Source: Hormiphora californensis
Lineage: Eukaryota; Animalia; Ctenophora
Direction of reading: 5' to 3'
Assembly (NCBI GenBank): GCA_020137815.1
Contig: CM035361.1
Span: 1,054,001-1,118,000 of the forward strand
Length of the DNA stretch: 64,000 bases
Shown: positions 50,601 through 62,900 of the stretch, piece by piece
Numbering within the stretch: position 1 is the stretch's first letter
Layout of the letters: each line of letters starts with the position of its first letter
Notes under the pieces: model-generated
What the model was told of the DNA's origin: nothing
What the model saw: the letters and a program-made list of their open reading frames with translations, nothing else
Databases searched by the model: none
Made by a program: the position numbers and the translations under genes

Positions 50601-52786
50601 ACACACCTGTATTTTAGCTATATTCATGAATCGTGCTTTATCAAAAAGCCACTTATCAGTTTTTGGTGTTCCTTTTTTTGTATTGGAATTCTTTAACTCT
50701 TCCGCTTGCCTGTGGGATGTAAACAACTGCATTTACACTGTGGAGCCAAAACAACCCTATCTAATAGCAGCTTTTAGATAGATTTTAGTAAAAGCTAAAA
50801 GTTTTGTAGAGCTCACTGGATACAGATTAGCTCCGGTAAGGGTTACTTACTCCCCCTTCTCATTCAGGCAACTAGTTTATTATTATACCTATTGTGTTCT
50901 CTGAAGAAGAGCCAGTGGAGAGAAAGAATGGCTGGGTTCTCAAAACTCCTGGTATCACCAAACACTGAAAATACAAACAAACAAATAACTATCTGAGCTT
51001 TGAATTCGTTTCAGCCAATCACTATGGACGTCAAAGGGGTATATTTCTAGGATGTGTAGAACGCACTCTTAGAGTGCGTTCTACACATCCTAGAAACGAT
51101 GGCAACATACAGTACTGATCTTTTTCTTTGGGGTACTCCAGGGTGGCCGGTACGACATTTCCAGCGAGAGGAACTCCCCAGGTGTTCTTTTTAGGCCAGC
51201 CATCGTCACTATCTGCAGGAATGTATCACACATCATATATCACACATCATATATCACACATCATATATCACACATCATATATCACACATCATATCACACA
51301 TCATATCACACATCATATCACACATCATATCACACATCATATATCACACATCATAACATCATATCACACATCATATCACACATCATATCTCTACCGACCT
51401 ATCCACTAAATTTACCTACCCTCTTCGGTCTTCAACTTCCCATCGACTCCCGACCTCAGTATATCACTCCAGCTCTTACTGATCCCGTAGATATGACTGG
51501 CATCAAGCCAAGATGTCACGTGATTAATCTGATATTGGAATTGGGGTAATGTTATTATACAACACGTGGTTTTTGGGTCTATGTGGTTATTGATAACTGA
51601 TAAGCTGTATATCCCATTTGATTCTCAGTGCGCTCAGATGGGGTCGTGACAGCTGATAAGCAGGTAATACAGTATAACAGCTCCAGGGAAATAGGACAAT
51701 TACAAAGCATAAACTTATTTCAGCCAGTACCTGTTGTCTAGGATAGTCTGGCCAGTGTCCACTTTTGTAATCAAACTGAGCCCGAGCCATCGGCATCTCA
51801 TTCTCTGAAAGTGAAACAGTTAAACCATGTCCCCCCATCTCACTCTCTATAACATTTATAAACCATGCCATATTGTCATGTGTGGATACAACCGGTGTAT
51901 AGTATACTGTATATATATATACCGGTATATAGTATACTGTATACCCTACTAAAATTTAGTTCGCCGTTCGATTGATACTAAAATAGCTTTTTAACCGTTT
52001 CAGTAAAAAACGGCTATATCAGATCCTATTATCCAATTATCGAAGAAAAAGAGGAAGTTTTAGATAGTATATAATGAGTAATGACTTTGACGCAGTACCT
52101 GTATCGTTAAACATTGGATCCCCATCAGGTATTGGGATGTTGAGGTATTTAGGTGGGCACGCCGGTGACATCTTAATTAGATCTCTATCCATAAACTGCA
52201 CTGCAATAAATATGTAGAGTTTAGATCGTGCTTAAAATTTAGATTTGGTCTGGTCACATGTTTGCAACACGACGATGCTAGACAGGTATTAAACTATACA
52301 CTTACTGAAGAACGGTAAAAGTGCAGTGTACTTCGATGAAAACTTGGTGGTGCTTTGATCTGGAAACATTGTAAGGCTGATTTTACGGGCTGATTGACGG
52401 ACTGTGTCCGGGTAGACAGCTGCAAAGGTTCCGTCTGTGTAGTTGGGCCGTGTGGGTTGGGAGAAAACCGTACCTGGGAAAATGAAGGGGTGAATCAGCA
52501 AATACACAGTGCACCTGAATTAGAGGGGTATTTGTGGTTTTGTTCAAACCCTTTTTGAGACAGGGTCAAGATAGGGTCAAGCAGGGTATCTGCAGGGTAT
52601 CTACAGGGTATCTACAGGGTATCTGCAGTGTATCTCAGGGTATCTGCACCTCAAATGAAACTCACCATCAGAGCCCCAGGTGGTATGTGTTGGGTTATGG
52701 TACCTTCCATTAAATGAGACATACGGGTACGGTTCTATTGCCAAACTCCCTGGTCCCAGGAGGATGAGAAGGAACAGAAGTACCAT
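38689..52786 (-). CDS. DUOX: Dual oxidase (peroxidase-homology domain, TM, EF-hands, ferric-reductase TM, FAD and NADPH domains), many exons
   Basis: Signal peptide plus [57 protein letters not shown]-hand [55 protein letters not shown] and GVFVCGPP...ENF*. Confidence 0.96.
40181..40928. repeat. ~162-bp tandem repeat, ~4.6 copies
   Basis: GGACATATTTCGACG starts at ~40181, 40344, 40506, 40668 and 40830. Confidence 0.93.
40955..41211. repeat. 79-bp inverted repeat (40955..41033 and 41133..41211) with a 99-bp spacer
   Basis: Arms read as reverse complements. Confidence 0.92.
41650..41776. mobile_element. Two adjacent tiny TTGG-family elements: 41650..41718 (TSD GATGGT[T/A]AC) and a perfect 42-bp palindrome 41735..41776 (TSD ACCTA[T/C]CTC)
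   Basis: Each is flanked by a 9-bp direct repeat matching at 8 of 9 positions; termini resemble the 37124 and 2556 elements. Confidence 0.7.
42752..43795 (+). CDS. Intronless 7-transmembrane GPCR-like protein nested antisense in a DUOX intron
   Basis: 347-aa ORF with ~7 hydrophobic segments, N-terminal N-glycosylation site (NFA is not a sequon, so weak), TM3 end [13 protein letters not shown] resembling the class A DRY..I..P region, TM4 Trp, and a helix-8-like basic tail with Cys. Confidence 0.75.
   Translation: MQSLLPVFLNMDNNFATISDPETVVPTGSAFARHALKPLTITMCVLGLISSLLLVVTIFARCRRWTNLPITSTLYLHICAVNIIECLNILFLIPIWNSTAGFSPDNKLEFFFDIIDDVFSISRPAFLLSIYLFRLQFIVRPSSLFNGDEVQRHWLKTLIWCIWIGAVVISVIDRECSYKSFCGEKVNYAMLLSEILLVFLQVLIIMISVAMVAYLGVMYRRFSYNHSEVTPLLDGGNAALLENIALTLRIVCSTLLVDLLCFSFAMVMNIETIIYELNPNARLSLLIRLYHWLGSELFMELFFLLPGATYAILISWVLILVQASMRQALWGVVKRVARRFCGRDNEE
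51044..51096. repeat. 53-bp palindrome (26-bp arms) in a DUOX intron
   Basis: TTTCTAGGATGTGTAGAACGCACTCT-T-AGAGTGCGTTCTACACATCCTAGAAA. Confidence 0.9.
51224..51388. repeat. 12/14-bp minisatellite (ATCACACATCAT[AT]) filling most of a DUOX intron
   Basis: Direct reading. Confidence 0.9.
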
Positions 52787-53640
52787 GGTCGGTACCTAAA
52801 ATACAGGCCACGGTTTGGATATCTTTACTATGAGTATCGCTGTCAGGCCAATGCTCTGACCACAGTTCTCCGAAAGAAATGAGAATAGGGTCAGGCCAAT
52901 GCTCTGACAGGAGTATCGAGTATGACGATATTAATAACAAATCAGTTTGGAACTGAATAACCTTTCCTTGAAATGGGCTCAAAGTCAAAATATTTCTCTG
53001 ACAACTGAACTTCAGCATTACATCGAGGGGGGTATTATTAAACATTGGTGGGGAATTGAGTTGAGAGAGAGATATCATCACTGTTATTAGAAGTTATCAG
53101 TTACAATTTACAAAGGGACATTTCAGGAAGGAGAAGAAGAGCTGTTATACAGTTTATCATGTCAATACGTAACCGGTAACACGCATAGAGGAAATATAGG
53201 AAGGAAAATATAGTCATTGGAAAGGAGGGAGTAAATACTAAAATGTTCCAAATTCTCAAGAGTTTAACCTGATGAATAAATTGTTTGACAAATTTCGATG
53301 GTTCACTTAAAACCAAACAGAAGTAGAACGTCGAAATATAAAACTGATAAACGAAAAATCGCAAAGCTGGCACGCGATCACAAATGTATGCAAAGAAAGG
53401 CTGCGAAATCAGAGACAATACTAATCGCTTCGAAATATCACAAGCAATTACTCCGGTTCCTGATCGGTCAGCGGTCAGGGGGGGGGGGGGTTCGAGTAAA
53501 ATAAACAACGTTGGATCGACTGCTAAAACATAATTTGACAAGGACTATAATTGTTCACACACTGTTCTAGCAAAATATGCGGTTACGTAAGATCAATATA
53601 CTACTCTCTCTCTCTCTCTCTCTCCCTCTCTCTCCCTCTC

Positions 53641-53742
<102 letters not shown>

Positions 53743-54089
53743 TCTTACTCTGGTTAGCGAAGTAAGCTCCTAACTACTTTCCTGATTCTATTGGACCGCT
53801 GTAGTACATCTGGTGTGCAATAGGTAGAATCCTTCTATTTGTTCTCAAAGCCTTAATTTACACGAGCTTTTGGCATCCTTCACGGATGAATTTAATATGT
53901 GCCCACCGGGTGCTCCTCAAGCATGGGGCTTATGACATCAGCCCCCTGCAGCAATCTTGATAGAGATGAAAACATCATATCTTCTTCCCTAGCCATCTCC
54001 CATATCATATCCAGCTGCAGAAATGCGAGTACTGGATATACCCGCATTCAACCAAGACGAAACTAATTTGCAAAGGAAGAGAGCTGCAG

Positions 54090-55656
54090 GGCAATTTTGC
54101 ATTTGCGGGCATCGCACTATAGACGCAGTACCCACGTACTATAGACGCATTATAAACGCATTATAAACGCATTATAGACGCATTATAGACACACGCAATA
54201 TAGACGCAATTTCGTAAGCAGCACTATAGACGCAATATAGACGCATTATAACAGCAATATAAACGCATTTTTATAGACGCGACGCAGTATAGCCGCATTA
54301 TAGGCGCACTACCCACCCCAAAATCACCTTATAGACGCACTATAGACGCATTATAGACTGACTATAGCAGCACCATAAACGCTACATAGACCCATATAGA
54401 CGCATGATAGAAGCATTATAGACGCAAATCGCTTTTTATAGACGCCGCGTCTATAAAAAACGTGCTTTTTTAAGAAGCACTATAGACGTACTCAGACGCA
54501 CGCTGCGATATTTGAGGCGCAGTTGGGCGAACTATAAACGCATTTTTGTCGCATATAAAAGGAAGCAGTATAGACGCATTATAGACGCATTATAGCCGCA
54601 TGTGTGCGAAATCGATAAAGACGCAATATAGACGCAAAATAAGAAGGAGAGGGAGAGAGACTAGAGGGAGGGAGGGAGGGAGGGAGGGAGGGAGGGAGAG
54701 GGAAGGAGAGGGAAAGAGGGAGGGATACAGAGACAGATCAGACAGAGACAGATGGACACATGGATCTGAGACAGACGGACAGAGTAAGATGGAGAGAGAT
54801 TAAGATGGAGAGAGATAGAGAGAGAGAGAGGGTGAGACAGAGAGGGAGATAGTAAGCGCGTGTTTGTCCGTCCGTCCGTCTCTGTCCGTTTGTTTCCATC
54901 TCTGTCTTTTTCTGTCTCACTCCGTCCCTATATATCACTCTCTTTCCATGTTACTCTCTTTCCATCTTACTCTGTCCTTCTGTCTCAGGTCTTTATCCGT
55001 CTGTCTCTGTTTCTGTCCCTGTATCCCTCCCTCAGTCCCTCCCTCTCTTTCCCTCTTTCCCTCTCCTTCCCTCTCCCTCCTTCCCTCTCCCTCCCTCTCC
55101 TTCTTATTTTGCGTCTATATTGCGTCTTTATCGATTTCGCACACATGCGGCTATAATGCGTCTATAATGCGTCTATACTGCTTCCTTTTATATGCGACAA
55201 AAATTCGTTTATAAAACGCCCAACTGCGCCTCAAATATCGCACTGTAGCCTGAAGTACGTCTATAGTGCTTCTTAAAAAAGCACGTTTTTTATAGACGCG
55301 GCGTCTATAAAAAGCGATTTGCGTCTATAATGCTGCTATCATGCGTCTATATGGGTCTATGTAGTGTTTATGGTGCTGCTATAGTCAGTCTATAATACGT
55401 CTATAGTGCGTCTATAAGGTGATGTTGGGGTGGGTAGTGCGCCTATAATGCGGCTATACTGCGTCGCGTTTATAAAAATGCGTTTATATTGCTGTTATAA
55501 TGCGTCTATATTGCGTCTATAGTGCTGCTTACGAAATTGCGTCTATATTGCGTGTGTCTATAATGCGTCTATAATGCGTTTATAATGCGTTTATAATGCG
55601 TCTATAGTACGTGGGTACTGCGTCTATAGTGCGATGCCCGCAAATGCAAAATTGCC
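54090..55656. mobile_element. 1567-bp Foldback/Mutator-like non-autonomous element with 9-bp TSD GAGCTGCAG
   Basis: Arms of more than 600 bp built of TATAGACGCA subrepeats; ends GGCAATTTTGC...GCAAAATTGCC; TSD at 54081..54089 and 55657..55665. Confidence 0.92.
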
Positions 55657-57300
55657 GAGCTGCAGTACATTCATGACGTCGAAGGGTCTAGAAGTTTTTA
55701 TCCATGGAGTCGAGTTTACTGGCATATTCAGTATGATATTCAATTAGAAGTTAAAAAAGAAGTAAAACACAAACGACGTTGTAAATAGCCTAAAAATATT
55801 GTAATACAATTTGTATCCGCGTGCAATCGCAGTAATCGTATCACACAGATCAACACACAGAATTGATCACTATATTTTATTGCACGTATGTTCGCTCCCA
55901 AAATACTCTCTTCATAGTTCAGGCTAATTTCCAGAAGCGATAATAACACGCATCAGATCGAAGAGGAAGGAGTGATATTTTAACTGCTATGAATATCTTA
56001 AAGTAATATCGTGCAGAGTTGTTTGTAAAACATGTCCCCTGAGTGGCTCGCACTACGCTTCATCATTACACGCGAAGAAAGTATGAATAACTCAACTAAT
56101 ATACCACGTACAACTCAACTAATTTTAATCCTACGAACAATCCAATATTATCAAAGAACCAAGACCCTGTAACTTAAAGTTAATTAGCTGCTCTTATATG
56201 TATATTCATTGCCGTTGATCAAATCGAGATATTTAAAATGCGAATTTCAAGAGGAACACTGCAGGAACGCATGTGGTTTTCTAGCTTTTAACACAATACT
56301 CCTTCCATCAGACGAGACTGAATACAATTTGAGGTAGATATATTTCTACTATAATAGTACACTATAACTGAGAAGGAAACTGCACACACACTATACACTG
56401 GAGAGAATACAATGTAGTGTGTACTTGAAAGGGCTCTGACAAGAGATGCGGCAGATGAAAGTCTATAGCCTAGTGGCCGCAGATTCAAGCTCTTAAAATA
56501 TCCTATGTGCAATGTGCATACTGTATATCTGATTGCAAAGGGAAGATCAGATGCATGGATATTATGATATCCTTCTTTGGTGGCCTCAAAAGCTCCTCCT
56601 AAGTACTACACTACTAGGTTGGTAGTCAATATGGATTTGAAAAAAAACAAGCTTTGCAGCTACATTCTAAACATTACCAAACCGGAAAGACCATCCACCC
56701 CGTTTTTTACATTCGCGTTTTAATTGCTAGATATGTTCTGGAACAATTGTAGTGCTGACTAAGTTAATCATGTATTGGTAGGAAGATAGGCGTCCAGGAT
56801 GTACGTCATAATATTGGCAGCGAAGCTGCCAACTTCGTCGGGGGCGTCGGGGGCGGAGCGACTGCGTCGCTCACGCTTCACGTACAGGGAATAGCGCGAC
56901 GACGCGACGTGCCCAAGTCATAATACGACATTGATAACACTGTACGACACTACTATACTACTAGCTACAAGGGTAAAACCTCACTTCTTTCACTGCCAAT
57001 TTTTGTTTGCAACGGAAAGGGGGGCTCTCGCTACCCCCCTTGTAATATTTGATACCTTGGTGAGAATCGCATGAAAACTAGTATGAGAGAAAAGTGTGTG
57101 TGTGTGTATTTTGACCTGATGGACCTAAACCTGCTTCCGGCTACCTGTTCAAACACTGCTAAATGGATGGAAACACCTTCTCAGCAATCAACCCTCGCAA
57201 CAAAACAGATAAACTTGTCGTTTTTATTGTCAGTTACTATCCCGTTGATTTTCTAGATTGTATGTCTGTCGCAGTTAGTCAGTTAACTAAATTTTGAGTA

Positions 57301-57653
57301 AGTCAGTCAGTCAGTCAGTCAGTTAGACAGACAGTCAGTCAGTCAGTCAGTCAGTCAGTCAGTTAGTCAGTCAGTCAGTCAGTCAGTCAGTCAGTCAGTC
57401 AGTCAGTCAGTCAGTCAGTCAGTCAGTCAGTCAGTCAGTCAGTCAGTCAGTCAGTCAGTCAGTCAGTCAGTCAGTCAGTCAGTCAGTCAGTCAGTCAGTC
57501 AGTCAGTCAGTCAGTCAGTCAGTCAGTCAGTCAGTCAGTCAATCAGTCAGTCAGTCAGTCAGACAGTCAGTCAGTCAGTCAGTCAGTCAGTCAGTCAGTC
57601 AGTCAGTCAGTCAGTCAGTCAGTCAGTCAGTCAGTCAGTCAGTCAGTTAGTCA
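57301..57653. repeat. (GTCA)n microsatellite
   Basis: Direct reading. Confidence 0.97.
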
Positions 57654-59330
57654 CTCTATACTACTGTTTTACTGTCATGTTAGAGTATTATATCTCTTCA
57701 CTTTCTTTTTACGGGATAGTGTCATTAGGTACCTTTATTTTCATCCCTTTTTCTTCATAGTCCCCTTCCTAGTCAGCTTCCCTTTTCTCCTCGGCTGCGT
57801 GACATCTTTTATCAGTTTTTGGGAGTGTTGCTACCCCTCACCTCGACCACTATCATCATTTTATTTCTAGGCTGGCCTCACCTCAGTTTCCCCTTATATC
57901 TACCACTCCCCCCTTTTCCATGGCAGCGCCATGCGTATCGATCGCACATCATCTGCAATCAATTCGGAACAGTTGCAAACCTAGGAACCGATATGTTCCC
58001 TAATCAGTAATAATACACATTTTCAATTGTCAAAAATATAATCACACATTGAGATAAGATATTTACCGGTTGCTGTTGCCGCCGGTGTTTTCTCATCGTG
58101 ATATTCTCTCTAGTACTTGGTTTTCTCTCTCCACCGTTTTCTCTCTTTCGTCTCTTTGTTTTTTATAACGAGTGAGGTATCGGGACATTGACTGTCCCAA
58201 ATTTCTTGTACGTTTGTTTCGGGCCGCCTTAACACTACCCCTTGTGAAAAAGGTTTTTGTATACCTCGAGAGAGTATCAGTGATTACATAGGTGAGAGAA
58301 ATGTGTGTGTGTGATATACGCGATCCTCTGCGCGACGAGGACCCCAAGATTCAAACCACCTCTGCAGATGGTTACATCTAAAAGCCACAAGCATTCATCG
58401 CAAATTCAAATCAGATACAAGATTGTCGAGTTGTCAGTGTCTGTTGTCTTTCTGTCGATGTTTGTCAGTCTGTTGTTATTTCTGTCGTAGTTGCTCAGTT
58501 GTGGTATTCTTGTCGTAGTTGTCAGTCCGTGTATTCTGTCGTAGTTGTCAGTTCTGGTGTCATTCTGTCGTTAGTTGTCAGGCGTTATGTTATTGCTCAT
58601 TCATTGAGTAGTTAAGGCACTTGGTTTATCTTGGTCAGGGCCCCTTTTTTTCTTGTTTACTGTCTACGTTTTCCCTCTATTTCTAGGAGTAGGGCTACCC
58701 CTTCTTCTAGAGCAGGTTTTTTGGAGGGTATTTGGGTTTTAGTAGGAGGAGTGTGTAGGGGAGCTGCTTTGTGTTTTGTTCTTTCTTCCGGTCCCTTTCC
58801 TTATTTTATCTCTCAGGTACGGCATATCTTACCTCCAGCAGTTTTTCTCAGGTCACTTCTACCCTTCTCAGTATTTAGGATTTAGATCCTTACTTTTTAG
58901 CACGGGGCATCCGGATTGAGGCGGAGGGACGTGGATAAAGAGAGGGAGAAGTGTGAGCCTCATTGTCTTGGCGGCCTCATTGTATGCATATTGCACAATC
59001 CCCTAACAGCCCCCCTTCCTTCATTTTTCGGGATATATATTAGTCCCATTATCGGTTTTTTTTTTTTTTTTTATTTTCATTTTACTTTAGCAATTCTAAG
59101 AATCATTTCAGGACAGCCACTTTCAGGGCACTTTCCTGATGCCTGGCGTGGAAACATTAATTCTCCAACATAGTTCATTCTCTGAGTCCCATCAGAGTCC
59201 AAGCCAGACCATCCTGGACCTAACTCCCCACGTCCCCTGACCGCAGTCGGTGCGGTGGCAAGTTCAATCGAGGTTTCCCAGGTGTTGTTTTGACATTGCT
59301 GCACCCCTGATGTGTTGTTTGGCTAGCTCT

Positions 59331-59416
<86 letters not shown>

Positions 59417-59439
59417 CTCCTCCGCTCCTCCTCCTCTCT

Positions 59440-59470
<31 letters not shown>

Positions 59471-59904
59471 GCTCTCTCAGTTTTCTTCTCTGCTCCCTCG
59501 GCTCCCTCGGCAGGTACTGTTTCCTCTCCTAGTTTCCTTTTCCTTCTGGTCTTCCCTCCGTTGGGGTTAGTGCTCTTGCTCTCCTGCCGCTGGCTTTATC
59601 TTCTTCTCTTTGGTCCGATTTAGGAGTTCGATCCTTGTGTTTTGTACCACCTTCTCTTCGACTCTCTGCCTCTTGGTCAGAGTGCTAGTTTGATTAGTGC
59701 CAGTTGCATAGTCGGTTCTTTTCAGCTGTATCCTTAGTCTTTTCAGCTTTATCCTTAGTCTGTTAGTGGTTCTTGCTCTCTTTACCCACTTCCCAACCCC
59801 TGACCTATCCAGCTAGCATCCCCAGTCAAAGACAAGAGACATAGTAAAGACTGGACTTCTAACCCAGACAAATCGGTAAGAATCATGTCTCTGTCTTATA
59901 CATA

Positions 59905-62900
59905 GTTTCGCAGTCAGTAATTCATTGTACACATAGATTGCTGTTACTCAGTCTGTCATTCATTGTACAGCAAGATTGCTGTTAGTCAGTGCTGTCTTCA
60001 TTGTACACATAGATTCTGTTATCCAACCTGTCATTATTGACACATGGATTGCTGTTACATCAGCTGTCATTCTCATTCTATCTACACATGGATTGCTGTT
60101 CACTACAGTCTGTCATTCATCTTCTACACATGGATTGCTGTTACTCGATCTGTCCATCATTCTTCACATGATTGCGTTACTCAGTCCTGTCATTCATTAT
60201 TACACATGGATTGCTGTCACTCGCCATGTCATTCCATTCTACACATGATTACTGGTTACTCAGCTCATTCATTCCACCTACACATGGATTGCTGTTCCAG
60301 CCTGTCATTCTCATTCTACACAAGCTAGATTTCTGTACTCAGCCTGTCATACATTCTACACATGTATTATTGTCACTCAGTCTGTTATTCATTCTACACA
60401 TGGCATTAATGTTACTCAGCCTGTCACTCATTCTACACATGGATTGCTTACTCATGTGTCTTGTCAATCTACTATTGTTCTTACACCCAGCAGTGGTATC
60501 TGGTGTTCTACACATAGTTCGTTACTCATCTCGTATCCCATGCATCGCTCACGTTCCCATTTCTACACATGATCTGACTCACTCATCTCTCTTCTACATT
60601 GAGCTCTATCTGTGTACTCAGCTTCCACTCTATCGTATCTACATCGGATTGCTGTCACTCACTGTCATTCATTCTACACATAGATTACTGTTTCACCTAG
60701 ATTCTCATTTCTACACATGTATTGCTGTCACTCAGCCGTCACTCAGTCTACCATAGATTACTGTTACATGCAGCCGTGCGTCACCTTCAACAATAGATTG
60801 CTGTTACTCAGGTCTCCTGTATCCTCCATTTACAAATGATTGCGCTTACTCAGTCCTGTCAGCATCATCTACACGTGAGATTGTCACTAGTTTATCTTCT
60901 AGCCTGTTGTTTCAGCCTGCTCATCTACCATGACTTGCTGTTACTCAGCTGTTCCTCATTTACAAATTCAAACGAGCTGCTCAGAGTTCTGTTTACAATA
61001 GTTCTGTTACCAGCCTGGTACTACTCATTCTTTACACATGGATTGCTTTACTCACTCTGTTGCCATGCAATTCTACACATGGATGCTGTTACTCAGCCTG
61101 TCCATTATTTCGTACACTGTTGCTGTTACTCAGCCTGTCATTCATTTCTACACATGGATTGCTGTTACTCAGTCTGTCAACTCATCCTCTACACATGATT
61201 GCTGTTACTCAGCCTGTTTCATTCTACTAACAAGATTATGTGTTACTTCAGCCTGTCACTCATTCTACACACATAGATTGTCTGTTACTCAGGCTGTCAT
61301 TCATTCTATTCCAACATAGAATTGCTGTCTACTCAGTCTGTCACTCCATTATACACATGGATTCTGGTTAACTCAGGTCCTGTTCCTTCAATTTATACAC
61401 ATGATTTAGCTTTACTCACGTTCACATCATTCTCACATATATTGCTATTACCTAGCCTCGTCACTCATTTCTATAAAACATGGATTGCTGTTACTCAGCC
61501 TTCATCTCATTCTACACGACACGATTACTGATCACTCAGCCTGGTCATTCATTCTACACATGGATTGCGTACTCAGTCCTGTCATTAATCTACACATGGT
61601 TTGCTGTTTACTCATACCTGTCCTCATTCTACGATATTCGATCTCACTGTCGTCTCAATGGATTGCTGTTACTCAGCCTGCCATCATTCACACATGGATT
61701 GTGTTGACTCAGCCTGACATAATATTCGACACATGTTTGCTGTTACTCAGCCTGTCATTTTCATTCTACACATGGATTGCTGTTACTCAGCCTCTCAACT
61801 CATCTACACATAGATTGCGTACTCAGCCTGTCATTCTATTCTACACATGGATTGCTGTTACTCAGCATGCATTCCATTCTACACACATAGATTGCTGTTA
61901 CTCAGCATGTCCTTCATTCTAACACATAGATGCTGTTACTAAGTCTGTCATCCATTCTAACATAGTTGCTGTTACTCAGTCTGTCATTATTCTACACTAG
62001 TTGCTGTTACCAGTCTGCCATCATTTTACCAAATCATATTGCTGTTACTCAGCCTGTCCACTTCAGTCATACACATGGATGCTGTTACCTCAGCCTGTCC
62101 TCATTCTCACATAGCTGCTGTTACTCAGCTGTCATTCATGCTACAACATGATTGCTGTTACTCAGTCTGTCATTCATTCTACACATGGATTGCTGTTACT
62201 CAGCCTGTCATCCATTCTAAACATAGATTGCTGTATCTCGCCTGTCACAATGCTACCACATGGATTGCTGCTTACTCAGCCTGTCACTCATCTACAATGA
62301 TGCTGTTACTCAGCCCGTCATTCGTTCATTCTAACATGATTGCTGTTACTAAGCCTGTCATTCACTCTACACATGGATTACTGTTACTCAGCAGGCCTGC
62401 CCTCAATTCTACACATGGTTACTGTTACTCAGCTGTCACTCATTCTACACATAGAGTGCTGTACTCAGCCTGTCATTCATTTACACATAGGATTAGATTA
62501 CTGCAGTTCTGTCATCCATTCTACACATGGATTACTGTTATACTCAGCCTGTCACTCATTCTACACTATGGAGCTGTTACTCGTCGTCATTCACTTACAC
62601 ATGATGCTGTCACTCAGCCACTGTCCACTCAGTCTACACATAGATTATGTTAACTCAGTCTGTCATTCACTCTACACATAGATTACTGATTACTCAGCCT
62701 GGACTCATTCTACACATGGAGGCTGTTACTCAGCCTGTCACTCATTACTACACATGGATGCACTGTCAATAGTCTGTCACTCATCTACACATAGATGCTG
62801 TTACTCAGTCGTCACTCTTCTACACATGATTGCTGGTTACTCAGCCTGTCATTCATCTAAACATGGATTGCTGTTACTAGAATGTCATGCCAATCTACAC

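Noticed and set aside
53101-53541. 146-aa minus-strand ORF upstream of DUOX
   Set aside because: No recognisable motifs; probably promoter or 5' non-coding sequence.
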